Shown here: positions 1-7,901 of the stretch, in pieces
How the letters are laid out: every line of letters begins with the position of its first letter
How positions within the stretch are numbered: the stretch's first letter is position 1
Virus record (IMG/VR): IMGVR_UViG_3300020458_000009
Location: 1 to 42,077 of that record
Reading direction: 5' to 3' (one strand)
Length of the DNA: 42,077 nucleotides
Source of the DNA: a virus
Taxonomy: Duplodnaviria; Caudoviricetes
Program-made: the position numbers and the translations under genes
The notes under the pieces: model-generated
Seen by the model: only the letters and a program-made list of their open reading frames with translations
The model's database searches: none
Told to the model about the DNA's origin: nothing

Positions 1-102
1 CAACGTTCGCCAAAGGATCCGGGGGGCAGCAGGCCGGGGGGCAGCAGGCCGGGGGGCAGCAGGCCGGGGGGCAGGAGGCCGGGGGGCACGCAAGGTAGGC
101 AT
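1..102 (-). CDS. Possible 5' part of a leftward ORF with (APRPA)n repeats, running off the window edge
   Basis: ATG at 102 with GGAG about 10 nt upstream; reads MPTLRAPRPPAPRPAAPRPAAPRPAAPRILWRTL with no stop; lies downstream of the leftward promoter at 156-183. Confidence 0.4.
   Translation of the reverse strand, partial: MPTLRAPRPPAPRPAAPRPAAPRPAAPRILWRTL
19..88. repeat. 15-bp tandem repeat CCGGGGGGCAGCAGG, about 4.7 copies
   Basis: Units at 19-33, 34-48, 49-63, 64-78 (one substitution) and partial 79-88. Confidence 0.95.
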
Positions 103-155
103 ACGCGAGAGACTCCAGAGGGGTTGGTAGTGTTGGAAACCCTTTCCTACTTATG

Positions 156-183
156 TTATCGACATTTGGGCTATGAGTCTTGA
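156..183 (-). promoter_or_regulatory. Leftward sigma28-like promoter TCAAG-N15-GTCGATAA
   Basis: Reverse complement reads TCAAG actcatagcccaaat GTCGATAA cataagtagg; an inverted copy of the 253 and 355 repeats. Confidence 0.7.
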
Positions 184-252
184 GAAGAAAAAAAGAAAAT
201 TAGTTTGAAGAAACTTTTGACTTTCACTCAAGAATATTCTTTTTGTTTTCTC

Positions 253-280
253 TCAAGACTCGAAGCTCAGGTGTCGATAA
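253..280 (+). promoter_or_regulatory. sigma28-like promoter TCAAG-N15-GTCGATAA (repeat copy 1)
   Basis: TCAAG actcgaagctcaggt GTCGATAA cacaagtaggaaggaag. Confidence 0.7.
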
Positions 281-354
281 CACAAGTAGGAAGGAAGAGA
301 AGAGAAGGAAGAGAAGAGAAGGAAGTGAGACGAGTCGAATCTTTCTGGTTCGAC

Positions 355-382
355 TCAAGATTCAAAGCTCAGGTGTCGATAA
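355..382 (+). promoter_or_regulatory. sigma28-like promoter TCAAG-N15-GTCGATAA (repeat copy 2)
   Basis: TCAAG attcaaagctcaggt GTCGATAA cacaagtaggaaggaag; about 46-bp direct repeat of copy 1 with 2 mismatches. Confidence 0.7.
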
Positions 383-519
383 CACAAGTAGGAAGGAAGC
401 AAGGCGAGTCGAGTTCTTTACTCGTCAAACCTCTTTAGGATTTCAATGTTCAGCGTTTGTCTATTTGTAGGCTTCCTCATTATCGTCGGGAGAGTCCTCG
501 ACGTTTAAGGACGAAGCCC

Positions 520-553
520 TCACCACTCAAGTGGTGATTTAGTTCTTTGACAA
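520..553 (+). promoter_or_regulatory. boxB-like hairpin followed by boxA-like antitermination sequence
   Basis: TCACCAC-TCAA-GTGGTGA stem (520-537), then AGTTCTTTGACAA (541-553), between the tandem promoters and the first gene. Confidence 0.5.
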
Positions 554-675
554 TTCGGTTAGAGTCGGTGACCCCCGGTCATACCGCTAAGCATGGTAGG
601 ACGATCGTAAGGGCATAGCAAGAGAGTGTCTAGTGTGGCACGTTGCGAGTCTCACATTAGATAGGATTTGCAAAC

Positions 676-999
676 ATGGCACGAACTAATATTGAGCTTT
701 CAACCCGTCAAATCAAACACGGTAGATATGTGCTTTGGATGAGTACCTACCAAGGTGCCCCTGAAGGACTTCGATACAGTGAATGGGTATCACAGGGCCG
801 CACAACTGGCCTCAAGAAAAGTATCGAGAAAGCCTGTAGCATGTGGCTTAGGGCCTGGAATGCGGGGGAAGATGTGTCAGTGTATATCACAACCGTACAA
901 GGTGTCACGGTATGGAAAGGCTGGACAACGGGAAGGTTGCAGACTTTTATGGGTTTAAGAGGCATCCCCATGTTACCACCCCCAAAGGTGCAAGCATGA
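676..999 (+). CDS. Hypothetical early protein
   Basis: 107-aa ORF with AGGA RBS; first gene after the promoters. Confidence 0.7.
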   Translation: MARTNIELSTRQIKHGRYVLWMSTYQGAPEGLRYSEWVSQGRTTGLKKSIEKACSMWLRAWNAGEDVSVYITTVQGVTVWKGWTTGRLQTFMGLRGIPMLPPPKVQA

Positions 1000-1116
1000 G
1001 GAAATTTTTACGCTGGATCAACTATACGCTAGCTATTCCTCCTGATTGGAGGCTGTAGCGTTCGTTTCTCAACTCGCAATGTGCCAGGCTAGACACTACT
1101 CCACCCCAACCGGAAA

Positions 1117-1566
1117 GTGATTAGAATGGACAAAATGACCGAACCAAACGTACGATTTTGGGTTTACGCCAACGACGGTCCCGTCAAGCTCACACTCAAG
1201 CCTGGGCAGCGGCTCGAACACTTCACCAACGAATCAACCGATGAGGGATGGCATAGCGAATCAACCACTTGGCACTATCCAGACGATGAGGCCGCCGTAT
1301 ATCGCGAGTGGTGCTCGGATGGCTGCGACTGTGACGGTCGATTGACCACAGGCGGGGAAGTCCGTTGTCATCTAGCTCAAAGGCTCTCATCTTACCCAAC
1401 AAAGGGCGGTTTGGTGTTTCAACTACGTCGGCAGCTGGCCAGCGGAAATAATCCCTACACTGAAGGCGACAACCCAGAGACATGGAGAGGCGTTATCTGG
1501 CCAGCATGGCAGGAAAGCCGAAACGATGGCGTCTATGATGAATTCGCCCAAGCAGCGGGATATTGA
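1117..1566 (+). CDS. Hypothetical early protein (Trp/acidic-rich, DCDGR motif)
   Basis: 149-aa ORF with protein-like composition; the true start may be one of the later Met codons. Confidence 0.75.
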   Translation: MIRMDKMTEPNVRFWVYANDGPVKLTLKPGQRLEHFTNESTDEGWHSESTTWHYPDDEAAVYREWCSDGCDCDGRLTTGGEVRCHLAQRLSSYPTKGGLVFQLRRQLASGNNPYTEGDNPETWRGVIWPAWQESRNDGVYDEFAQAAGY

Positions 1567-1601
1567 GGTTACCGGAGGATACCAAAGACCATCACATTCT
1601 T

Positions 1602-1639
1602 TTAACGAATAAGACTCTGACCGGAGTCTTATTTATTAA
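1602..1639 (+). terminator. Intergenic hairpin (terminator or processing site)
   Basis: AATAAGACTC...GAGTCTTATT perfect 10-bp stem followed by an AT-rich tail. Confidence 0.65.
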
Positions 1640-1648
1640 TAGAATTAG

Positions 1649-1676
1649 TCAAGATCAACCATCAAAGAGCCGATAA
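1649..1676 (+). promoter_or_regulatory. sigma28-like promoter TCAAG-N15-GCCGATAA
   Basis: TCAAG atcaaccatcaaaga GCCGATAA, about 50 nt upstream of ORF 1725. Confidence 0.75.
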
Positions 1677-1724
1677 ACTAAGTAGAGGATACCGAAGACA
1701 CTAACGTTTGAAAGGCTTCAAGGA

Positions 1725-2006
1725 ATGAAATACTCATTCACAGTAAGTAGGAATAAAGGCCGCGTACTAGTTCAAGTGCGAATCAAGATAGGCTCTGGGA
1801 TCTACCTAGAATGCATCAACGAAGGCGATGCGGATAATGGGTACGCTTGGCAAGTGTGGGAAGGCTTTACGAATCTTTCTAACTACGACGTATTCTGCCA
1901 ACTACCGCCGAACCATTGGGCGACATCAAAAAAACTCTGTACTTTACGCAACGAGCTGGCGAGGCTGGTTCCTGGCGTATTGGAACTAATGGAAATAACC
2001 CTATGA
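1725..2006 (+). CDS. Hypothetical early protein
   Basis: 93-aa ORF with GAAAGG/AAGGA RBS. Confidence 0.7.
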   Translation: MKYSFTVSRNKGRVLVQVRIKIGSGIYLECINEGDADNGYAWQVWEGFTNLSNYDVFCQLPPNHWATSKKLCTLRNELARLVPGVLELMEITL

Positions 2007-2149
2007 CAACTAACACCCATCAACCCCAAGAGTATCCCCCACTTTGGAAATACTCCACCCCTCGATATCTGGCGTTGTTGCTTGCGGAAATCAAAAAGTT
2101 GGACAAAGGAGCGGAAGAGCTTAAAGAGTCGAAGTCAAAAAGTCGATAA
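2003..2149 (+). CDS. Small hypothetical protein (48 aa, MTTNTHQPQEYPP...)
   Basis: ATGA overlap with the previous stop favours a start at 2003 over 1916. Confidence 0.5.
   Translation: MTTNTHQPQEYPPLWKYSTPRYLALLLAEIKKLDKGAEELKESKSKSR
2122..2149 (+). promoter_or_regulatory. sigma28-like promoter TAAAG-N15-GTCGATAA
   Basis: TAAAG agtcgaagtcaaaaa GTCGATAA, upstream of ORF 2204. Confidence 0.7.
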
Positions 2150-2203
2150 TACGTTATAGGGGGATAACCCCTAACCCTAACCCTAGCAAAAGGATTTACA
2201 AAG

Positions 2204-2452
2204 ATGGCATGTATGATGAGTGCTCCGGGTACTTCTAAAGTCAACTCCGTTGAATATCATCTAGAGAAGTTAAATTACTGGCTTGATAGTTTCCGTTTTT
2301 GGCAATCTGGGTATGCTAATGCGGTCAACCGTTCAATCGACAATGATGATGAAAGCCCAACGTCTTTAGGACTAATTAACGCCATCAAAGCCGTTGAATA
2401 TCATCGGGAGCGAGTTGTAGAATTAGCAAACAAACGATCTTTAAGCAACTAA
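2204..2452 (+). CDS. Hypothetical early protein
   Basis: 82-aa ORF with AAAGGA RBS. Confidence 0.7.
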   Translation: MACMMSAPGTSKVNSVEYHLEKLNYWLDSFRFWQSGYANAVNRSIDNDDESPTSLGLINAIKAVEYHRERVVELANKRSLSN

Positions 2453-2458
2453 TCGCAT

Positions 2459-2515
2459 TATAGGGCAGTTCTAGCCCACATCATACGTTTTTTTCGGGCT
2501 AGAACTACCTAATAA
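2459..2515 (+). terminator. Intergenic hairpin
   Basis: AGTTCTAGCCC (2467-2477) pairs with GGGCTAGAACT (2496-2506), with imperfect extension. Confidence 0.55.
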
Positions 2516-3062
2516 GGTGATAAGTTTATCTAAATCGAAACTCTAGGGGAATTAAAATACTATAATTAAAACATTTTAGATTAAATTATAGTAAAGCATG
2601 TGTATTAGTTCTGAACACTTTTTGGGGGATGTTAAGATAGGTAAGATAGACTGTACGAGAATCGAACATATTAGAGGTGAGCGACGCAAAACTACCCCTT
2701 TTTCCTCAAACACAAAGTAGAAAAAAAAAAACAAGCTACATACACACACTCTCTGTTGTGTGTATGTAAGTACTTCAAAACAAAACAGAGTAAGTAAAGT
2801 ACAGAGTACTGTTGCGTATACTAGTATAACACTGCAGGTATGCCATAGATGTACTGGTTGTTACCGCTTGAACCAGCCTAGCGGCCCACCCCCTCCACCC
2901 CTTTACCCGGACCCTACGTCCCCTCTAACGAGCGAAGCCCGAGACATCGAGGATTCACCTTAGAAACCACTAACGGCCTCCAAGACCTTCACATGGCTTG
3001 CCTGCTCCCCGACTTTATTAATTTCGTTGAACTAAACAAATTAGCTTATTTTTAAAATAGGC

Positions 3063-3093
3063 TATAGACTCACTGCTAAACAGCCGATATAAT
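3063..3093 (+). promoter_or_regulatory. Promoter TATAG-N15-GCCGATAT overlapping a sigma70-like TAGACT-N17-TATAAT
   Basis: Both patterns read directly at 3063-3093. Confidence 0.7.
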
Positions 3094-3194
3094 AAGTAGA
3101 CGAAGGAAGGAACGAACGGTAAACATGGACAACCGGGTTACAAGCCCTATAAGGGCTTGGCCGAATGTCTAGCGGATTGCTTGAAAGGCTTTCA

Positions 3195-3617
3195 ATGGCA
3201 ACTGCCGAACTAACCACCCCAACAGCAACCACCAAAACTAAACGCGGAAGAAAGGCCAGAAAGTCGTATCTAGATCACCTTAGTGAGACTACCGGTTCAA
3301 AAGTTCAAAGTCTTGGGTCCGTTCCATCGGTCCCCGATGAATACAACCCGGCTGTTTTTGCTCCACTTAAAGAAAATGAATTCGAGGACGCACTACACTA
3401 TTGGGATTTTCAAAAAGCCTATCATACCCATTTTGTAACGGCGGCAACTGCTAAGGGCGATGAATTGCGGACGATGGATCCATCGGTCAGAAACGACTTT
3501 GCGAACGTTATGAAGTCGACCGATGTGGTAATTGCCCACATCGAAGCCTTGGTTGCAAAGGGTCACGATATCTCAGGAGTGTTTGCCAAGCTACAAAGCA
3601 AGTTTACAACTACCTGA
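3195..3617 (+). CDS. Hypothetical protein with a basic N-terminus
   Basis: ORF 3165-3617; GAAAGG RBS precedes ATG at 3195 (MATAEL...). Confidence 0.75.
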   Translation: MATAELTTPTATTKTKRGRKARKSYLDHLSETTGSKVQSLGSVPSVPDEYNPAVFAPLKENEFEDALHYWDFQKAYHTHFVTAATAKGDELRTMDPSVRNDFANVMKSTDVVIAHIEALVAKGHDISGVFAKLQSKFTTT

Positions 3618-3776
3618 TCGCTTGATTCCCCCTAATTTATACCAGCATTTGCCCTTACCCGCTGCCCAGACGGTTACAATATCTGGGTATCCTTAGCGAT
3701 AGAGTGTAGGCCCCCTACTATCCTATCCCTAAGAATCCAAACATGCTTTCACTGCCACCCTAGAGGATTTAAACGA

Positions 3777-4226
3777 ATGAAGCACCTCGATAGACGCGAA
3801 ATGAGAGACCGTTTAGCCTTTTTAAATTCGATGATTTCGATGCAAAGGGCAGAAAAAACAAGACACGATTCCATTGAACTAAATGGAACAAAGCCCTACG
3901 CCCTAGCCCAGGCTGCTAAGTTTCAAAAACTAGCCGATGAGTTTCAAGCTAAGGCGGATGAATGGAAAAAAAAATATGAGTCGTTTGATCTAACCTCTTT
4001 AAACTCGTCTATCTCCCGGTATCTGGCGGAACGTGCTAAAATCGTGTTCCTCTTGTCAAAACGCGGCAAAGAGATATACAAGGTGCTTGACAGCGTGCCC
4101 CAGAAATATCATGATCGGTTTTTAACTGCTTTGATGTCGGCAGCGGATCAAAGCAGTAGCGACGAAACTCGTAACAAAGTAGCTAGTGTCCTTAAAGAAA
4201 TCTTGATGGAAGGAAAGCAGGAATGA
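3777..4226 (+). CDS. Hypothetical coiled-coil protein
   Basis: 149 aa, GAGGA RBS, helical charged pattern. Confidence 0.75.
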   Translation: MKHLDRREMRDRLAFLNSMISMQRAEKTRHDSIELNGTKPYALAQAAKFQKLADEFQAKADEWKKKYESFDLTSLNSSISRYLAERAKIVFLLSKRGKEIYKVLDSVPQKYHDRFLTALMSAADQSSSDETRNKVASVLKEILMEGKQE

Positions 4227-4612
4227 ACAGAAGAGAATGGTTAGAAAAACGGGTTGAACGGTTTGAGAATACCATTAATAAACTGCCTAGCTCATCGCCT
4301 CCGTTGAATTACTCTCAAGATATGATGGAATCCTTAAATGGTCACGATAGGGCAAGACTGGAAGAAAGGGCAGCTAAACGGAAAGCCTTAAAATCGAACA
4401 ATGTCCACCAAGGCAATAGGTTTAACTGCGTTCTTAGCGTCATGAGGCCGGACGTTGCAAGGTATCAGATTGAAATCCAGAACAACAACGGCAAGAGCTA
4501 TCGAATTCCAGAGGCACATTATAGGTATAGGGATTTTGATAACTATCTTTCCGGTTTAATTGAAGGTTCAGAAATGATATTAGATTCAGTTAAAAAGGCT
4601 CTAAATGGCTGA
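4223..4612 (+). CDS. Hypothetical protein
   Basis: 129 aa, ATGA overlap with the upstream gene. Confidence 0.75.
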   Translation: MNRREWLEKRVERFENTINKLPSSSPPLNYSQDMMESLNGHDRARLEERAAKRKALKSNNVHQGNRFNCVLSVMRPDVARYQIEIQNNNGKSYRIPEAHYRYRDFDNYLSGLIEGSEMILDSVKKALNG

Positions 4613-4788
4613 ACACTATAGCCTGTTAAGATGGGTAGTTTGTACCAAATACCAAGTGTCTAGTACGACGTAAGTCCTTACGCTACCACGGGTTACAGCC
4701 GCCCTATTGACCACCGGGTATAATAAGGGGACGGAGCCAGGGTTTAAACCCCTTTAGGGGTATATGCTGGGGGTAACCAAGGACTGCC

Positions 4789-4826
4789 ATCCGCGTTCGA
4801 TTGTTCTATCCGCGTTCGATTGTTCT
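4789..4826. repeat. Perfect 19-bp tandem duplication ATCCGCGTTCGATTGTTCT x2
   Basis: Copies at 4789-4807 and 4808-4826, upstream of the helicase. Confidence 0.9.
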
Positions 4827-4862
4827 AATTTAGTTTGAGTATAGCCAATAGAGAAGGAAAGC

Positions 4863-6950
4863 ATGAGACTACTGTCAGAATCTACTAAAGTTAGGTTTAG
4901 GAAGATAGACCCAACAGCAATCAAAGATCACATTGTTAGCATCAAGACCAGCGTTCGACCGGACGGTATTGACTACACAACTCTTGAAATACTACGAACG
5001 CGTAAGAACTCGGACGGTACTAGAGACCCCAATTATTACGCTCCAACGTCGTATTCTGCCACCAGGCTACCGGAACGTTTCTTTGAAAAACGTCGTATTA
5101 AAGAGCACCTTTATCACTTTCCTTTGACCGATTCAAACGTTACCCTACTTTATGATATATGGCCCTTGCAACAAATTAAGTTGGGTGATGCTAGAACAAG
5201 TCAAAAGGTGCGACATATCCTAGATTTAACGGAAAGACAGGATATGAATGCCAAGATTATAGCCGACTTCAAAGCCCTAAAGAAACTGCCTAATTCCCTA
5301 CTTCCAGCGTCTAGTGTAAACAAGAGCGAGCCCCAACCGTTTGTAGAAAATTCTAAATTCCCACTATTAGACTTCCAAAAGGTTCCTAGGCATTGTGCAG
5401 TTAGTACGGGTAACATGGCGTTATTCATGGTTCCTGGGACAGGTAAGACAGCAACGGCTATATCTACAGTTGTTAATCATACCATTAAACATAGAATAGA
5501 ACATGCCAAGGTTATCTTGGTCGTTCCAAAGTCTATTAGAACTAATTGGCAGGAAGAATTAGAGAAGTTCGTGCCCTTTGATATGGTTCATAAAACTATT
5601 GTGATCAAAGGTACAAAAGTCAATAGAGAAAAACTACTCTTAGAAGCCTTAGTACGGTCGCCAGCAAACGAACGAATTAGCTTTGTTATTTGTTCGTACG
5701 GTGCTCTCCGACAAACGCAGGAGGCGTTATGTCTTAAAAAGTTGGCAGGGGTAGACTTGAATTCAGATTTAAAATGGGACTGGGCTATCTTGGATGAGTC
5801 CCACTATATAAAGAGTCAAAAGGCTAAACGCACTAAATCGGCTCATGCCTTAAGAGACGCCAGTAACAATCGTCTAGTTTTAACAGGAACGCCTTATGTT
5901 AATAGCCTATTCGATCTTTGGAGCCAATGGGAGTTCTTAGGAAAGTATCAAAGTGGTTTTTCTAATTACAACGCCTTTAAGGAGTTTCACGCTAAGTATG
6001 ACAAAGATCCAATATCCAAAAAGAAAACCATAGTAGACTTTGACAATGTTCCCTTGTTAAAAGAAAGATTGGCTAGGACAGCTTATTTTGTTTCTAAAGA
6101 GGAAGCGTTGCCCGACTTGCCAGAAAAAGTATTTGATGTTGTAGAGTGTGATATGACAGCGGAACAAATCACGTTCTATAATAAGGTTTGTAATCAGATC
6201 TATCTAGAAATAGAAAATGAGTACAATCCGAGTCAACCTAAAGAAATGACAGTTAATAATATATTGACTAAACTCCTAAGGTTGTCTCAAATTACAGCAG
6301 GGTTTAAGGTATACGATAAGACGTTCAACGACTTTGGAGAATTGGATGCAACTTCAGGGCAGATCGATAGGTTTGATCCTAATCCTAAGCTAGAAGCCCT
6401 GATCGATCTTATCAAAGTAGATTTGCAATGGAATGAAAGCACGAAGAAAGCTGAGAGTAATAGTAAGGTTATTGTTTGGAGTAAGTGGATTCCGTCCATT
6501 AAGCAAATACGAGCTAGACTAGAACTCGAAGGGATTGGAGCGGTAGCGTTTCACGGTAGCATGTCGGACGATGCAAAAGACCGGGCTAAGAATGCGTTCA
6601 ATAATGATGTGAATACAAGAGTATTAGTTGGTAATCCCGATGCTGGTGGAGTTGGCCTTAACCTCTTAGGTTACAATCCGTTGCATCCTGATAAGTATAA
6701 AACTAATTGCGATCACATGATTTACTACTCTCAAGGATGGTCATTGGCTACTCGGCTCCAATCATCGGATCGATCCCATCGCAAGGGAACTAGGGTTCCG
6801 GTAAGGATTACGGATCTGGTTGTACCAAATTCGATTGATATGGAAATTAAAAAGAGAGTAGATGGAAAACATGAGGTTGCTATGGATTTAACAAATATTA
6901 AGGATATCCTTGGTCGTATTCATCAGCCGCTAGAATTTGATAGATCCTAG
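4863..6950 (+). CDS. SNF2-family (SF2) helicase/ATPase
   Basis: Walker A MVPGTGKT, Ia VVPKSIRTNW, Walker B ILDESH, III LTGTP, V GGVGLNL, VI QSSDRSHRKG. Confidence 0.95.
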   Translation: MRLLSESTKVRFRKIDPTAIKDHIVSIKTSVRPDGIDYTTLEILRTRKNSDGTRDPNYYAPTSYSATRLPERFFEKRRIKEHLYHFPLTDSNVTLLYDIWPLQQIKLGDARTSQKVRHILDLTERQDMNAKIIADFKALKKLPNSLLPASSVNKSEPQPFVENSKFPLLDFQKVPRHCAVSTGNMALFMVPGTGKTATAISTVVNHTIKHRIEHAKVILVVPKSIRTNWQEELEKFVPFDMVHKTIVIKGTKVNREKLLLEALVRSPANERISFVICSYGALRQTQEALCLKKLAGVDLNSDLKWDWAILDESHYIKSQKAKRTKSAHALRDASNNRLVLTGTPYVNSLFDLWSQWEFLGKYQSGFSNYNAFKEFHAKYDKDPISKKKTIVDFDNVPLLKERLARTAYFVSKEEALPDLPEKVFDVVECDMTAEQITFYNKVCNQIYLEIENEYNPSQPKEMTVNNILTKLLRLSQITAGFKVYDKTFNDFGELDATSGQIDRFDPNPKLEALIDLIKVDLQWNESTKKAESNSKVIVWSKWIPSIKQIRARLELEGIGAVAFHGSMSDDAKDRAKNAFNNDVNTRVLVGNPDAGGVGLNLLGYNPLHPDKYKTNCDHMIYYSQGWSLATRLQSSDRSHRKGTRVPVRITDLVVPNSIDMEIKKRVDGKHEVAMDLTNIKDILGRIHQPLEFDRS

Positions 6951-6959
6951 TTTTATGAG

Positions 6960-7010
6960 GGGTGGGAGAATACTATTCTCAAAGTGCTGAGATTATGTAT
7001 TCTCCCGCCT
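6960..7010 (+). terminator. Long intergenic hairpin
   Basis: GGGTGGGAGAATAC pairs with GTATTCTCCCGCCT (14 bp with G-U pairs), plus inner TCTCA/TGAGA. Confidence 0.6.
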
Positions 7011-7125
7011 AAGGTATGCCGATAAGTATAGCATAAGGGTAAAACACGACACCCGAATCAACCACCATATACACGATAGTCTACCCGCGTTAAGATTCTC
7101 TTGAGAAGATCGATGGAACTATATT

Positions 7126-7344
7126 ATGAGGAATAAAAAGGATATTTTAACTACAACTGAAGTATCAATTCTATTGAGTATGTCTAGTAAGACAGTTTGT
7201 AGGCTAGTAGATGATGGGTGGTTGCCAGGGTGGAGAATACCCGGTAGCTTGCATAGGAGAATTTCACGTAAAGATTTAGAGGCTTTTATTAAGGAACATA
7301 ATATGATAACGTTAAATGAAAATGAACAACTTAAGCCTTCTTAG
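7126..7344 (+). CDS. Excisionase-like (HTH_17) DNA-binding protein
   Basis: ILTTTEVSILLSMSSKTVCRLVDDGWLPGWRIPGSLHRRISRKDL winged-HTH pattern. Confidence 0.9.
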   Translation: MRNKKDILTTTEVSILLSMSSKTVCRLVDDGWLPGWRIPGSLHRRISRKDLEAFIKEHNMITLNENEQLKPS

Positions 7345-7358
7345 ATAGGGATATTAAA

Positions 7359-7688
7359 TTGAAATACGAATACACTGCCACGGTTTTGAAGGTAGTTGAT
7401 GGCGATACAGTTGATCTTTTGGTAGATGTGGGTTTTCGTCATTTTATGGAAGATAGATTTAGATTGTATGGAATAGATGCATGGGAAACACGGGGGTCAG
7501 AGCGCGAGAAAGGGCTTGAAGTAAAGAGTATTCTTATGGATTTAATCCTTAAAAAGGAAGTCATTGTCAAAACCTATAAAGATCAAAGGGGTAAGTATGG
7601 ACGATGGTTAGCTGAAATCTGGTTAGGGGATAGAAATATCAATCAATGGCTAGTAAAGAAAGGCTACGCAAAGTTATATCCTTTTTGA
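7359..7688 (+). CDS. Thermonuclease (SNase-like) nuclease
   Basis: KVVDGDTV, RLYGIDAWE, GKYGRWLA and NQWLVKKGYA motifs. Confidence 0.93.
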   Translation: MKYEYTATVLKVVDGDTVDLLVDVGFRHFMEDRFRLYGIDAWETRGSEREKGLEVKSILMDLILKKEVIVKTYKDQRGKYGRWLAEIWLGDRNINQWLVKKGYAKLYPF

Positions 7689-7777
7689 ATACTATATGTA
7701 AAGAACCTTTAAAAGCACACTTGAGGAAAACTTGAAAAATACTCGAAAAAGATTCTTGAAGTAAATAAAAGATTCTC

Positions 7778-7805
7778 TAAAGACCTGAGGCTAGGATGCC
7801 GATAA
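7778..7805 (+). promoter_or_regulatory. sigma28-like promoter TAAAG-N15-GCCGATAA
   Basis: TAAAG acctgaggctaggat GCCGATAA, upstream of the replication gene cluster. Confidence 0.75.
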
Positions 7806-7901
7806 CATACTATAGGGGGCCACCCTAGGGATGGGAGTAGGGTATGCCCCTATATTACCGCGTAGAGCTATTTAGTCACCCTTTAAGAAAGTGAACGCTT
7901 A

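Noticed and set aside
141-398. Three roughly 45-bp repeats as a CRISPR array
   Set aside because: Only two direct copies plus one inverted copy, no cas genes, and the repeats are explained as promoter duplications
205-470. ORFs 205-438 and 243-470
   Set aside because: They overlap the promoter repeats, are low complexity and have no clear RBS
2169-2186. Telomere-like CCCTAA repeats
   Set aside because: Only about three units in a 5' leader; consistent with chance or a local hairpin arm
2760-2963. 67-aa ORF
   Set aside because: GTG start inside a hairpin with no RBS; the poly-Pro comes from a C-rich tract
4708-4724. TTGACC and TATAAT as a sigma70 promoter
   Set aside because: The spacer is only 6 nt; it is better read as a degenerate member of the N15 promoter family
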